A DNA stretch of 64,000 nt from positions 9,557 through 73,556 of the IMG/VR virus record IMGVR_UViG_2579778873_000001. One strand, written 5' to 3'. Position 1 is the stretch's first letter, and each line of letters begins with the position of its first letter. Below the pieces are notes generated by a model. The model had not been told where the DNA came from. It did no database searches and saw nothing but the letters and a program-made list of their open reading frames with translations. The DNA is from a virus (Duplodnaviria; Heunggongvirae; Uroviricota; Caudoviricetes). Of this stretch, positions 47,916-58,019 are shown in pieces. The position numbers and the translations under genes are program-made.

Positions 47916-49424
47916 TTATATATCCAGATCCGGCATTTCGATATCCGCCAGAACCTGATCTCGGAAAGTTGCCATTTCGGCACCAATATCTTCATTAGCA
48001 GGCACATAGTCCACCAGCATAGTGAAGCAGTAGGTATCCCATCGGTCAGGCGATTTGATGTTTAGCTTTTGCCGCATGTGCTCTTTGCGCATCATCGCCA
48101 TTTTCCCTTCTTCATTCAGTAAAAAGGGGATTTTTGACGCTTGCTCTGCCGTTTTAGAGTCACTGTCTATCCGCATACGCCCTGACTTTATGGCATCACG
48201 CGCCATAATATTTGCGTAGGCTCGCTGATTAACAAATCGCTCCCTGTCTTTGTTCGCAAACATGGGTTTTCCCCACCGAATACGTACCGGGTTCGCACCA
48301 CGACGCACCAACTGCGCACACGTATCAGAACCAAAACCATCAGCATCAACCGCGATTGTTATATTCGGGTATTTTTCCGGCGTACATTCGTTATATATGA
48401 AGTCAGCAAAGGCCAATGGGTCCATAGTGCCAGGCATCTCCATTACCTTAAAGTTAACAACGCGCCGCTTATCCCTGTGACCTGATACCTTGCAGATGTT
48501 GAGGACCGACTTATCTCGCCCATTACCAACGTCAGCCGTTGCCACCCATCCCCAGTTTTTCTCCAACAACACCTTGCGGCGAGCAGCGCGATCGCATTCA
48601 TCACGACCAAGCAAATAGCCGTTAATTTCTCGTGGGAACTGACCAAGCACCTTGACCATGTACTCAATAGAATCGCGCCCGCCATATTCCAGAAGCTTCT
48701 CCTTGATGAATTGTGGTGTGACGAACGGTGATTCTTCCGAGTTAAGAACAATTGCTGTCCAGATCCCTTTCGGGTTGTCTGGGGTTTTTGCTCGAGAATG
48801 GTGCGAATCGTAGAAATAACCACTTGGCCTTGTTGGCTGGGATAGCATCAACATCCGGTTATCTTCTTCAGTAAGAGCACCGGTCATTACGCCGATCGCC
48901 TTATCAGATATACCAGATGCTTCATCCAGAATTAGAAGCAAATGTGCCGCGTGTTCCCCCGCCAGCGCTTCTTCGTTGCCGAGTCGATAACCTTTGCAGA
49001 GAACTTCCCAAATCCCCTTACGGGAGCGCTCATAAAACATGGTGTCAGAGAGGACAAAATAGGTCTGCAACCACCCATGACGCTTAACTGCATTCGCCCA
49101 ATACTGTTTAACGTATTTGAATACGCCTGTTTTTACCTGGCCTATCTTGTTAGCAACAATGATGACACGGGCATCGGGGAACAGGATCATAAAAATCAAC
49201 AGCAACATCGCGGTAAGGGACGACTTCCCCGTTCCGTGTCCGGACGTGACGGTAGTCCTACTCCCCGTTTCCTGTACGGACTGAATGATCTGCTGCTGCT
49301 GGTGGGAGGGGAACATCCCAAAAATATCGACAACAGCCTGGGTAAAGTTGTAGCGGTATTTGATTACCATATCGCGCCAGCGTGGATCTCTGGTGACGCA
49401 TTTAACCTTGCGCCTGCCAGCCAT
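47916..49424 (-). CDS. pacB: Terminase large subunit (PacB-like)
   Basis: 502 aa with Walker A TSGHGTGKSS and downstream acidic nuclease-type residues; coupled to the upstream small subunit. Confidence 0.7.
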   Translation of the reverse strand: MAGRRKVKCVTRDPRWRDMVIKYRYNFTQAVVDIFGMFPSHQQQQIIQSVQETGSRTTVTSGHGTGKSSLTAMLLLIFMILFPDARVIIVANKIGQVKTGVFKYVKQYWANAVKRHGWLQTYFVLSDTMFYERSRKGIWEVLCKGYRLGNEEALAGEHAAHLLLILDEASGISDKAIGVMTGALTEEDNRMLMLSQPTRPSGYFYDSHHSRAKTPDNPKGIWTAIVLNSEESPFVTPQFIKEKLLEYGGRDSIEYMVKVLGQFPREINGYLLGRDECDRAARRKVLLEKNWGWVATADVGNGRDKSVLNICKVSGHRDKRRVVNFKVMEMPGTMDPLAFADFIYNECTPEKYPNITIAVDADGFGSDTCAQLVRRGANPVRIRWGKPMFANKDRERFVNQRAYANIMARDAIKSGRMRIDSDSKTAEQASKIPFLLNEEGKMAMMRKEHMRQKLNIKSPDRWDTYCFTMLVDYVPANEDIGAEMATFRDQVLADIEMPDLDI

Positions 49425-50788
49425 TAATCATCCTCCGGCGGTTCTATCGCGATATCATCATCTCCGGCGTCATACCCTGCATCAGATGCATCATAATCAC
49501 CGTAAATTTCAGCCGTTGCCGAAGGGTCAATATCCAGCTCTTCGTCGTTGGCCTCGAATTCTCCAGCTTTACGCTCGCCATTGCGGTCGTAATCTCCGCA
49601 CCCCAATTCTTCAACAATGGTTGCCACATCCGCCCGGCGCTCTGCCAGCCATTGCGGATGGTTAGCCTGAAGCGTTGCAAACTCCCTTGCCTCTTTGTCC
49701 AGCTGTTCATCATCAACATCATTGACGTCAGAAACAGGTGGTTCGAGAAGAGTGATAGCTTTCGCCGCGCGCGCCGCGAGGATAGCCGGGACGCTGACAC
49801 CCTGGCGCTCGATGTATTCAGCAACACCGATATCATCCAGTTCCTCGCGCTCACGCATACGTATAGCGGCGGCGATAACTCTGGCTGCGCGTGCGTCAGC
49901 GCCAATGCGATATTCAATCTCTTTGCCACGCTGTTCGGCCTGTAGGCGTGCTAATTCGAGTTTTTCTCTGGCCTCAGCCTCTTTGAATGCTTGCTGGCGA
50001 GCGCTCTGACGAAGCTTTTCATCCCCCTGTCGCAGCTTTTGTTCGGACTGATAAATAGCTGCCAACCTACTGATAAAATCATTCATGTAGTAGGCCGCGT
50101 CACTGATTAGACCGAGAAGGCGCTGCCCAGGGTGCATTCCTTCTGGCTCTTTATCGCCCAGGGTGTCTATTTCCGCCTGTAGACGTTCGGCCTCCTGATC
50201 AACAATGCTTTGATACTGAAGTGCGCGCTCTTGCGCCATTTGAATTGCTAACCGCAGGTGTTCTTCTGCGCCGTTCTTCATCATATCGCGAGCTACATTC
50301 GTAGTTGGCAATGTGGCACGCTGCACAGCACCGTCAGGGATCATTGCAGAAGATCCCTCAATTTTTGGGGCGCTTTTATCTTCTTCGGGGATCATTTTCG
50401 CCATTTTTTCGCGTAATGATCTCCTGACGGATTCTTTTATCTCATTGTTATTATTTGAATTATTTTCATGATCCGAAGTTTTCTTTCTCGGCATACTTCG
50501 GAAAGAACCTGCGCCCTGCGAATTGTCAATTTCTGTAAATTTTGTTTTTCCTGCACCCTCTTCCTGCTTTTTTGTTGCTCTTCCTGCCCGTTTTTTTTCA
50601 GGTGATTTGGTGCTTTTTTTTGTTGTCTTTACCTGCGACCGCACCTCATTTTTTTTCATATTGAGATGCTTTCTGGCTGTATTGAAGCTAAGGCCATGCT
50701 CCTCACAGTATTCCTTTACAGTGATCCCTTTTTCTTCACGCAACGCTATAAAGCGGGCGCGGTGCTCCTCCCAATTAACCAGACTCAT
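49424..50788 (-). CDS. pacA: Terminase small subunit (PacA-like)
   Basis: N-terminal HTH-like segment, charged coiled-coil middle, acidic C-terminus; position directly upstream of the large subunit. Confidence 0.55.
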   Translation of the reverse strand: MSLVNWEEHRARFIALREEKGITVKEYCEEHGLSFNTARKHLNMKKNEVRSQVKTTKKSTKSPEKKRAGRATKKQEEGAGKTKFTEIDNSQGAGSFRSMPRKKTSDHENNSNNNNEIKESVRRSLREKMAKMIPEEDKSAPKIEGSSAMIPDGAVQRATLPTTNVARDMMKNGAEEHLRLAIQMAQERALQYQSIVDQEAERLQAEIDTLGDKEPEGMHPGQRLLGLISDAAYYMNDFISRLAAIYQSEQKLRQGDEKLRQSARQQAFKEAEAREKLELARLQAEQRGKEIEYRIGADARAARVIAAAIRMREREELDDIGVAEYIERQGVSVPAILAARAAKAITLLEPPVSDVNDVDDEQLDKEAREFATLQANHPQWLAERRADVATIVEELGCGDYDRNGERKAGEFEANDEELDIDPSATAEIYGDYDASDAGYDAGDDDIAIEPPEDD

Positions 50789-51177
50789 AAAGCAACACCA
50801 CGCTTTTTAACGGCGGCATTCCACAGCTTATTCGCCATGTCCACCAGCTCTCGTTGCTCTTTTCGCGCCTGTTCGACTGATTTCCTGCTACAGTTTTTAA
50901 CCAGTAAACTGCCGTATTCAGGGGTTCGCCCACGCACCTTGAACTGATATCCGTTCAGGCCATGCAACCAGTATTTTCGTGGGTAAACGCGATCATCAAG
51001 CTCACAGATTGCCCTGCTTGAACGAACAAAATGACGAATGATGTTAGTTACACTTACCCGTGAAACATGGAGATGAGGGTATTTTTCTTTGGCGAGAATG
51101 GTAATTTCAGTGACTGTCAGATAGCAGTCAGCCCTAATCATGATATCCGCAATTTCTGCGCTGCTGATTTGTTCCAT
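50785..51177 (-). CDS. Late-promoter activator candidate (Lpa-like), by synteny
   Basis: 130-aa ORF at the head of the lpa-pacA-pacB-like operon with an operator 75 bp upstream; named by position only. Confidence 0.4.
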   Translation of the reverse strand: MEQISSAEIADIMIRADCYLTVTEITILAKEKYPHLHVSRVSVTNIIRHFVRSSRAICELDDRVYPRKYWLHGLNGYQFKVRGRTPEYGSLLVKNCSRKSVEQARKEQRELVDMANKLWNAAVKKRGVAL

Positions 51178-51250
51178 TAATCCCCCGGGCAGGAAATGAC
51201 CGAGGGGATGATAATGAGAATGTTAAAACTGTATAGACTGGCAAAAAGAT

Positions 51251-51270
51251 GATTGTATTAGAAAATTAAT
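51251..51270. promoter_or_regulatory. C1-type operator motif upstream of the packaging operon
   Basis: gattgtattagaaaattaat. Confidence 0.5.
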
Positions 51271-51285
51271 ACTAAATATCTAATG

Positions 51286-51678
51286 CTACCAGCGAGACAA
51301 ACGAACAACATGTTTCACTTTTGCGATCCACTGTCCGCGATAACTATTGATTACGGCCTGTGCCAGCTTCAAATTGGCTTCAAAATCAGCCTTACTACCA
51401 TCAGACTCCACCAGCATTCCGCCATCTATTTCTGGTAAACATAGATAATCCTGCTCAACCTGCAGCGGCATTGATGGCTCTCTGAATGGCGTTACTTGCT
51501 CTGCTTTCCAGCGAAATCTAACCCTCATCCCCCTGGTGGTCATTACCAGATAGCCTGTTATAGTGCTTTTATGGCCCACATCAGTACGCGTGGCATTGCA
51601 TGACACGATCTTACAGTTAGCGATAGACCACTCCATATTGGTGGCCTGTTGAGTGCTTAATTTGGTAGTCCCGTACAT
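51286..51678 (-). CDS. Hypothetical protein
   Basis: 130-aa ORF, ATGA-coupled to the upstream gene. Confidence 0.4.
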   Translation of the reverse strand: MYGTTKLSTQQATNMEWSIANCKIVSCNATRTDVGHKSTITGYLVMTTRGMRVRFRWKAEQVTPFREPSMPLQVEQDYLCLPEIDGGMLVESDGSKADFEANLKLAQAVINSYRGQWIAKVKHVVRLSRW

Positions 51679-52253
51679 CAGAAAGCCTCCCAGTCAGTCG
51701 CGATAATATCCACACCAGTTGCAAACCAGTCTGTCTGCGCCTGTAAATCACCATTCATCATTACCAGGCGAGGCATCACCATCACATCGCACCCTTCCAC
51801 AATATCGAATGCCTCTTCCGGCAAGAATTCGAAGAGCTTTTCTTTGCTGCCAATGCTGCCACGGAACATCGATATATAGCTCCCTTTAGGCCATGATGTC
51901 CGCCTGGCATCAAGCCCTTTCATCATCCAGTAAAAAGCCGAGGAAAAAGGGATATTCTTTTTGCCAATGATTACATTATTCGCTTCTGTGTACTTCAGGA
52001 ACTTAACTAACCTTACCATTGACTCGGATAACGCAACGTATGGCTCATGATTGATTGCTGACACGCTTACACCGTGCAATCCAACGCTTACCACTGTCAT
52101 ATCGCCGCTCTGTGCGGTTTCGATATTGACGCCTTTGCGAACTAATGAGGCGTAAAGTTCCTCTCGCTTTTGGGTCCAGCGTTCCTGCTTCCCTATGAAG
52201 TCACTCAAAATGAGATCTTCTTCTGCATATGCGTTATCGTTCGCCATTAACAT
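51678..52253 (-). CDS. Protein with C-terminal DUF2829-like domain (second copy in window)
   Basis: FYWMMKGLDARRTSWPKGSYISMF ... DWFATGVDIIATDWEAF parallels the DUF2829 start and end motifs; weaker than 43326..44027. Confidence 0.4.
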   Translation of the reverse strand: MLMANDNAYAEEDLILSDFIGKQERWTQKREELYASLVRKGVNIETAQSGDMTVVSVGLHGVSVSAINHEPYVALSESMVRLVKFLKYTEANNVIIGKKNIPFSSAFYWMMKGLDARRTSWPKGSYISMFRGSIGSKEKLFEFLPEEAFDIVEGCDVMVMPRLVMMNGDLQAQTDWFATGVDIIATDWEAF

Positions 52254-52707
52254 AACGTCTCCTTTTTACACGCGCGACCATCTCTCGGTTAAACCGATAG
52301 AGATGTCGAAACTTCGTATTAATTAAGGGTTACAGCCTGAGCGGCTATATGATGAATTGAAAGGAGTTGTGGCGGTGGTGCCTCCACCTGCCAGGTCAGC
52401 CACGCCCGGCGACGACACTTATCAGAACCTCAATGAATGAAAATGGCTTCGCCACGAGCGCATAGCCGCAATTACCACAACGGAAACGGCGCTCGCGTTA
52501 ATTAAACGCCTTTTCCTGTTGTGCGCCGTACTCTTCCGGCTGTCACACCGAATCGCCAGGATGGTGAGTCCTCGGTCCGACGATATGAACGGGGCTTGCA
52601 CATTCCGGCTACCTGGTTTGTTGCCTGAGCTAGGGGAAAAGATAACCCCTTTAACGTCACCAGACCGCTAACGACGCATGTGCCATACGCCGTGTTACAA
52701 CCAAATA

Positions 52708-52783
52708 TGGTGGCCCCTACCGGACTTGAACCGGTGACCGTGCGATTATGAGTCGCCAGCTCTAACCACTGAGCTAAAGGGCC
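52708..52783 (-). tRNA. tRNA with CAU anticodon (ileX-like tRNA-Ile2, or Met)
   Basis: 76-nt cloverleaf read by hand: acceptor GGCCCTT/AGGGGCC, anticodon loop CTCATAA, T-loop TTCAAGT, encoded CCA; close to E. coli ileX as recalled. Confidence 0.8.
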
Positions 52784-52937
52784 AGATTACTGTTAATTCC
52801 GCTTACGCTTTTTGCCAGGACCGCGTAAGGCTTTTGCTGCTTGCTCGACCCCATATGCAACCACCAGCAGAAATAAAAATGTCCACCAAGGGTTCTTGTC
52901 GGCAAACGTCCAAAATTCCATCATGTTCTCTATTTGG

Positions 52938-53765
52938 TTATTTCACCGGAACAAACGGAACAGCGGTATTACTGGTCATATACTGCGGTAGCGTTCCGTT
53001 CCATTTGTTGATCGCTTCCAACTCCATAACGCCGGGGTTCTGGCGCAGAGCCTCACCGCGTAAACGAATGGCATCAGCTTCAGCCTGGGCTTTTGTGCGA
53101 ATGGCATCGGCCTGTCCGGCAGCTTCTGCGCGCAGCATGTTGGCTTCTGCTTCGCGTTGCTTGACTTCCTGCTCGCGTTGCAGAGTTTTCTGGTTCGCCG
53201 TGACTTTGGCATTAATGCTGTCGATAACGGTTGGCGGGTACTCCGGCTTGCCCACATATGAGAGGCTCATTACCTGAATACCGATGGGCGTCATTTCTTC
53301 CTGGATGTCTTTAAGAGCTGCATCCAGCAGTTCAGACTTGCCACCGTCGATAAATTTGTCGGTGGTCATTTTGCTGGCCAGTCGGTTAAGTGCGTCGGCA
53401 ATCTTCTGGCGCAGGTCGGTGTCGGTAATGTCATCCACGCCTTTGCGGTAGGTCTGAAATACAGTTGTGACTTTTGCCGGATCAACCTTGTAAGCTACAC
53501 CAATGTGGTAACCAATTGTTGTCCCGTCGCTCATTTGGAAGCTGAACGGATCATCATAGGTCTTCATTTGCTTAAAGGTCGGGAAGATATAAACTTCTGT
53601 GTTCCAGCCTGTCCAGTAGCGACCAACGCCAACTACTTCGCCGACACCTTTATCATCCCCCAGCTTATTTACTTTGATCCCTACATTGCCTGGTTCTACC
53701 CGGTCGCATCCGGTCAGACATAAAGAACCAAAAATAATCGCTGCACTAATCAACGTTTTTTTCAT
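52938..53765 (-). CDS. SPFH/band-7 family lipoprotein (Plp-like)
   Basis: Lipobox LTGC after a signal peptide; C-terminal Ala/Glu/Arg-rich coiled-coil typical of SPFH proteins. Confidence 0.6.
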   Translation of the reverse strand: MKKTLISAAIIFGSLCLTGCDRVEPGNVGIKVNKLGDDKGVGEVVGVGRYWTGWNTEVYIFPTFKQMKTYDDPFSFQMSDGTTIGYHIGVAYKVDPAKVTTVFQTYRKGVDDITDTDLRQKIADALNRLASKMTTDKFIDGGKSELLDAALKDIQEEMTPIGIQVMSLSYVGKPEYPPTVIDSINAKVTANQKTLQREQEVKQREAEANMLRAEAAGQADAIRTKAQAEADAIRLRGEALRQNPGVMELEAINKWNGTLPQYMTSNTAVPFVPVK

Positions 53766-53983
53766 TAATCAATTTCCTGGATTTTTTTGCGAAAAAAGAC
53801 TACTGCAAAAGCCGGGTAAATGAGCGCGAGAAGGACTCCCAACAATACAAGTATTGTGCTGTCAGATGAGATCATATTTGGCAAAAGCCAAACATACAGA
53901 ACCAGTGACACAATCAAACAGAGGACGACATAAATATATAGCCGCACCCATAGCGTTCGACATTTGTTCGGATTGTTCTGCAT
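53765..53983 (-). CDS. Small integral membrane protein (Upl-like)
   Basis: 72 aa with two hydrophobic helices; coupled to the lipoprotein gene. Confidence 0.45.
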   Translation of the reverse strand: MQNNPNKCRTLWVRLYIYVVLCLIVSLVLYVWLLPNMISSDSTILVLLGVLLALIYPAFAVVFFRKKIQEID

Positions 53984-54246
53984 CCTCTCACTCCATTATT
54001 TAACGAATAAAAAAGCTGCGGTGCCTGGTGCCTCCAGGTGACGTTAACCAGTTAACAATTAACGCCGGGATGTTTGATTTAACCACTAATAAGGATTGTT
54101 TTAACTGTTCCGCGTGCGCTTAGCCGCATTCACCGCAATGGTAAGAGCACTTGGCTGGCTGGGCGGCGATGACGCCTGTACGCATTTGGTGATCCGGTTC
54201 TGCTTCCGGCATTCGCTTAATTAGCCAAATACTCTTAACGTTGCGC

Positions 54247-54332
54247 TGGCGGAGAGTAATGGAATCGAACCATCATCGCTTGCGCAATGGGACGGTTTTC
54301 AAGACCGCTTGAGCACCATGCTCCCTACTCTC
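54247..54332 (-). tRNA. tRNA-like element with Ser-type anticodon loop (UGA); non-canonical, possibly degenerate
   Basis: Acceptor GGAGAGT/ACTCTCC plus G and CCA, anticodon arm CGGT-CTTGAAA-ACCG, long variable hairpin with GCAA loop, T-loop TTCGATT; but 5-nt D-loop and A at position 8. Confidence 0.3.
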
Positions 54333-54474
54333 CGGCCGTTGTGGTGGCCGGTACTGAATCTCCGGCATACGGTGCAGCCAATTAGGACTACGGACGATCA
54401 CCGCTCGCGAAAGGGAAGATTTGCGGCCGCATTTCCCTAACATCCAAGAAAGCTATCGCATCAGTCTGCGAATC

Positions 54475-54574
54475 CACCACAACGTTGAGAACACTGGTTG
54501 TCACGCTGCCTCGCGACATTTATTCATAGATTGGGATATGATCCCGTTACGCCAATGTTCTCAACGTTGTGGTG
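54475..54574. repeat. 19-bp perfect inverted repeat flanking a 62-nt loop
   Basis: caccacaacgttgagaaca (54475-54493) and its reverse complement (54556-54574); right arm runs into a 12-nt copy of the tRNA-Thr 3' end. Confidence 0.5.
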
Positions 54575-54798
54575 CCGGTTACGGTTCCGGCCAGGCCTCT
54601 TCCTCAACGGGGTGTTCTCCATACGGACTACCGTTTATTGGTCGTTCCTGCGGTTTATGTTGTGAAGCCAGATGCTTATCTTCTGGTTGCTTCAAAGAGC
54701 TGCACTTCATCACAACGGTAAGGGTACTTCGTAGGGATTCGAACCCTCTGCCAAGCACGGCGATCTCCGACGTCGCAAAATACCCTTACCTGTTGTGT

Positions 54799-54874
54799 TG
54801 GTGCCGGTTAACGGACTCGAACCGCTGACATCCTGCTTACAAGGCAGGCGCTCTACCAACTGAGCTAAACCGGC
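54799..54874 (-). tRNA. tRNA-Thr (UGU)
   Basis: 76-nt cloverleaf: acceptor GCCGGTT/AACCGGC, anticodon loop CTTGTAA, T-loop TTCGAGT, CCA encoded. Confidence 0.85.
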
Positions 54875-54876
54875 AT

Positions 54877-54952
54877 TGGCGATGGTGGATGGATTTGAAC
54901 CATCGACCCGTTGATTAACAGTCAACCGCTCTAACCGCTGAGCTACACCATC
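54877..54952 (-). tRNA. tRNA-Asn (GUU)
   Basis: 76-nt cloverleaf: acceptor GATGGTG/CACCATC, anticodon loop CTGTTAA, T-loop TTCAAAT, CCA encoded; 2 nt from tRNA-Thr. Confidence 0.85.
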
Positions 54953-55456
54953 ACTTGCCGGGTACGTCTCCGGCGAGGGCTTCCACCTCCGTATGCTTTT
55001 CGGCGCACCGCGCCCTGGCTGCAATTCAGTAACAGGGGATGCATAACCCTGGCTTCCAGCGTGATTAGCGCCTTCAGCATGACGGGATATACCCGTAACC
55101 AACAAACTTTCCCATATACCATCAAGCAATGGCTGTTACGCGGGAGGGACGTAACAGGTAAGGGCGCTGACCAGAAAGACCTGACCCTTCTCATTCATCT
55201 GGTTAATCACACCAGCGCCCTTGCCTGTTATGCCTCCCCGTTCCCTAATACACAGACGGGGACACTCTGCGGTCGATTTTTTGACGGGGGACGACTCATA
55301 CCCCGTGGCGTCAGGCTTCTTAGGCCGCTACCATCATCAGATCATCGTTTGCATTTACTTTAATGGTCGGGTTCTAAACCGCCGCAAAGTCGCTAACCAT
55401 GACGAAAACCCTAAAAAAGCCCACCCGAAGATGGGCAAATACGCTACATCTCACAC

Positions 55457-55533
55457 AAGAAAGAAGCCGACTGCCTGAACTGGATTCACTTTCAAATGCC
55501 CGCTGAAAGGGATCACAAGTCGGCTTCTTTCTT
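55457..55533. repeat. 16-bp perfect inverted repeat (long hairpin) in a gene-free region
   Basis: aagaaagaagccgact / agtcggcttctttctt around a 45-nt loop; no flanking T-run. Confidence 0.5.
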
Positions 55534-56171
55534 GATGCGGCACTCTCTCCGCCCGTCACCGCTCTGTCTCGGTTGTCGCGTTTGCCACGCCAGCCATAAC
55601 GAGGTTTAAAGTCTTTGCACGTTCCCATCACTCGACTGCCGTCTGTGGCTGTTCGTTGCAGCGGGGGTGCCTCCCCCTGGGGATGTCCCCGGCCTTACCC
55701 CATTCTTTCAAGACACAATGCAAGGCCACATCCGCATAGGTGCATTACCGCAACATTAAGGAGACTCAGGGCAAAAGGTAACCGCCACAAAAATCCCTAT
55801 GCCTCCTTAATGTTGAAGATGTGCATTGATGATTAGATGCAGCATGTACCGTTACTCTCTGCCGGACCATCATCAATGAACACCTTAAAAAGACCTTCCG
55901 TGGCTCAACATGTACTGTCGTTTACTCCGCAAAGTGCTCTCTCTGAAACCACTTTCCGCACTAAACCTGCTGAACTTTGGCCTGCACGGTGCCAAAGCGT
56001 GCTCTTGCGTTACTATACTTTTCTAACGCTTTAATTTGTTAAATGCTGGTGGGCGAACAATAACCAATAAGTGACTATCAAGCCCAGCAAGCGAAACGTG
56101 GGTGCCGCCCACCAGCAAGGAAAATTCTATGTTAAGTTACCTTCACAATCAATACATTCGAATCGTAATTT

Positions 56172-56190
56172 TAGATTTCTAACACATTAT
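56172..56190. promoter_or_regulatory. C1-type operator motif (TAGATTTCTAACACATTAT)
   Basis: Overlaps the stop of 56187..57410; oriented toward the gene-free region and tRNA cluster. Confidence 0.45.
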
Positions 56191-57410
56191 TTCCCGTAAA
56201 GATCTTCTACACCCCCATTCTTCTTATCCCATTCGTTCGCCCATACCCGGCAAGCGTCAATGATTTCCTGACGACGATCTCCTTGCATGAACGGAATGCT
56301 TTCATGGAAACAGCTTGGAATGCAGGCCACACTGAATACAGTATCAAACTCCGTCTGCTTGATTGCCTCCAGCGTCTCCGGACGCATTTTTAATTCATCG
56401 ATTGGCGCATCCTTAGAGTCCATAATCCGGCGATATAAGCGCGGAAAATCCGTCTCCAGGTACGCCATAATTTTATCTGCGAGACATTCGTCTATGTCGG
56501 TATTCCAGTCCTTTTCGAAGCCCGGCAGGCGATAGTAAAGCGGCGTTCCCCACACCGATGGGATCACATCCATCGTTAACAGGCGATTGGTTCTGATTTG
56601 TTGATGGTAATTAGCCGTCAGCAGTGCTTCGCCACGCTGCCCAGTTTCCGCAACCAGGCCGTGCGGATACTCATGGATGTAGGCAATGGCATCCCGCCCA
56701 TCATACATAAGTGGAAATGTCTCTGGTCTTTGTCCCATGCCACAAGCACGGTTCAGATCGTGACCAAGCTGTGAGCACTCTCGCTTTAATGTTTCGATAA
56801 TGCTCTGCGCTGTAGCCAACTTTTTACGCAGTGTGACGCCTTCGCCTTGATAATCAATGCATTGCTGATTGAGCCTGGTTAAACGCTCTTTTAGTTCCCG
56901 GCGCTCTCTTTTCAGCGTGCGGTTATCCTTCTCCGCAACATCCAGCCGCTTTGTCAGGCTGGGCGGATAGTCTTTTTTGTAACGGTTCAAATCGGCTTCG
57001 GCAGATTTACGCAGTGTATTTGCCTGTTCAAGACGCGCTTCCAGATTGCCGATCTCATTACGCATATTCGCGGCAAATTGATTAACTGCATCACCCAGGC
57101 TTTCAACTGTCGCTGATACGCCTGTGACTTGCGAAAAACGGCTCAAGCCATCATTAACGGCTTGTTGGTATTCCTCAAACTGATCCACCAGCTTATTGTA
57201 ATCAACTGCCCCATCATCAAGCAGCTTGTTGATTTCCGCCACCAGGTTATCTGTAGTGGCAATGACACTCTCGTGCAGTCGCTTTGACAGGTCATCACCC
57301 GGATTCCGTTTCTGTATAAGAGCGATTTGTGTGCGCAGCGTTTCAATTGCTGTCGAGATAATTTCCAGATTAGAAGTATCAGTGTGTTGACTCATTGCTG
57401 TTCCCGTCAC
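56187..57410 (-). CDS. Coiled-coil protein with C-terminal globular domain, operator-controlled
   Basis: 407 aa; long N-terminal coiled-coil; operator 10 bp upstream. Confidence 0.45.
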   Translation of the reverse strand: MTGTAMSQHTDTSNLEIISTAIETLRTQIALIQKRNPGDDLSKRLHESVIATTDNLVAEINKLLDDGAVDYNKLVDQFEEYQQAVNDGLSRFSQVTGVSATVESLGDAVNQFAANMRNEIGNLEARLEQANTLRKSAEADLNRYKKDYPPSLTKRLDVAEKDNRTLKRERRELKERLTRLNQQCIDYQGEGVTLRKKLATAQSIIETLKRECSQLGHDLNRACGMGQRPETFPLMYDGRDAIAYIHEYPHGLVAETGQRGEALLTANYHQQIRTNRLLTMDVIPSVWGTPLYYRLPGFEKDWNTDIDECLADKIMAYLETDFPRLYRRIMDSKDAPIDELKMRPETLEAIKQTEFDTVFSVACIPSCFHESIPFMQGDRRQEIIDACRVWANEWDKKNGGVEDLYGK

Positions 57411-57420
57411 TTTGCTAAAT

Positions 57421-57440
57421 TAGTTTTCTAACATATTTTA
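57421..57440. promoter_or_regulatory. C1-type operator motif
   Basis: tagttttctaacatatttta. Confidence 0.5.
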
Positions 57441-57508
57441 TTAGTTTGATGACGGTATCGGAAGATGCAGTAAACAAAAAACCCGCTAATTGGCGGGTTT
57501 TTATGCAA

Positions 57509-57823
57509 TTACTGTGTTGCAACCTCATAAATAAGATACGCGATAAATACAGGTACGATGGCCCATTGCAGCAATGAAAGTAGCCTCATTACTGTTATTG
57601 GGGTAACTCCATCCACGTATTGTTTCTCTGACATTTTCCCTAACCAACTAACCGACAACAGTGCCGAGTTTTCACCCAATTCCAGCTCTCTGAGAGCTTC
57701 ACGGATTAACGGCGCTGTCACAGCCTTAACCGGTGTGCTCAACGTGATACTCCGCGTCCTCCCCGCATCGTCAGCGAACGCCAGACTCACATAATATTTT
57801 TTGCTCAATGTACAAACTCCCAA
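57509..57823 (-). CDS. Small protein with C-terminal TM helix
   Basis: 104 aa; LLSLLQWAIVPVFIAYLIY at the C-terminus. Confidence 0.4.
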   Translation of the reverse strand: MGVCTLSKKYYVSLAFADDAGRTRSITLSTPVKAVTAPLIREALRELELGENSALLSVSWLGKMSEKQYVDGVTPITVMRLLSLLQWAIVPVFIAYLIYEVATQ

Positions 57824-58005
57824 TCATCAGCGCTTGCACTTTCCGGGGTTATGTGAACCTTATCGCCAGTAACAATATTGCGAGCTTCAAAACTTCCATT
57901 GATACGTTTCGAGATCTCAATACATAGAGCCTGCTGCCATGAGCGACGCCGAGCGATAGCATTAGTTCCTGCAGGGATAAGTTCAGCCACGTTAAGTAAA
58001 CGCAA
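57805..58005 (-). CDS. Small hypothetical protein
   Basis: 66-aa ORF between the nuclease and TM-protein genes. Confidence 0.35.
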   Translation of the reverse strand: MRLLNVAELIPAGTNAIARRRSWQQALCIEISKRINGSFEARNIVTGDKVHITPESASADDWEFVH

Positions 58006-58019
58006 AACGATTTCTCCGT

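Noticed and set aside
49424-50788. P1-type pac site (cluster of TGATCA/G hexamers) in the 5' part of the pacA-like gene
   Set aside because: Only isolated GATC sites are present near the gene start; no clustered hexamer array seen, so a P1-identical pac site is not supported.
54717-54790. Additional tRNA suggested by a TTCGAAT T-loop-like segment
   Set aside because: No acceptor-stem pairing can be built on either strand; the segment is enclosed by a 16-bp inverted repeat (cacaacggtaagggta) and reads better as a hairpin or tRNA fragment.
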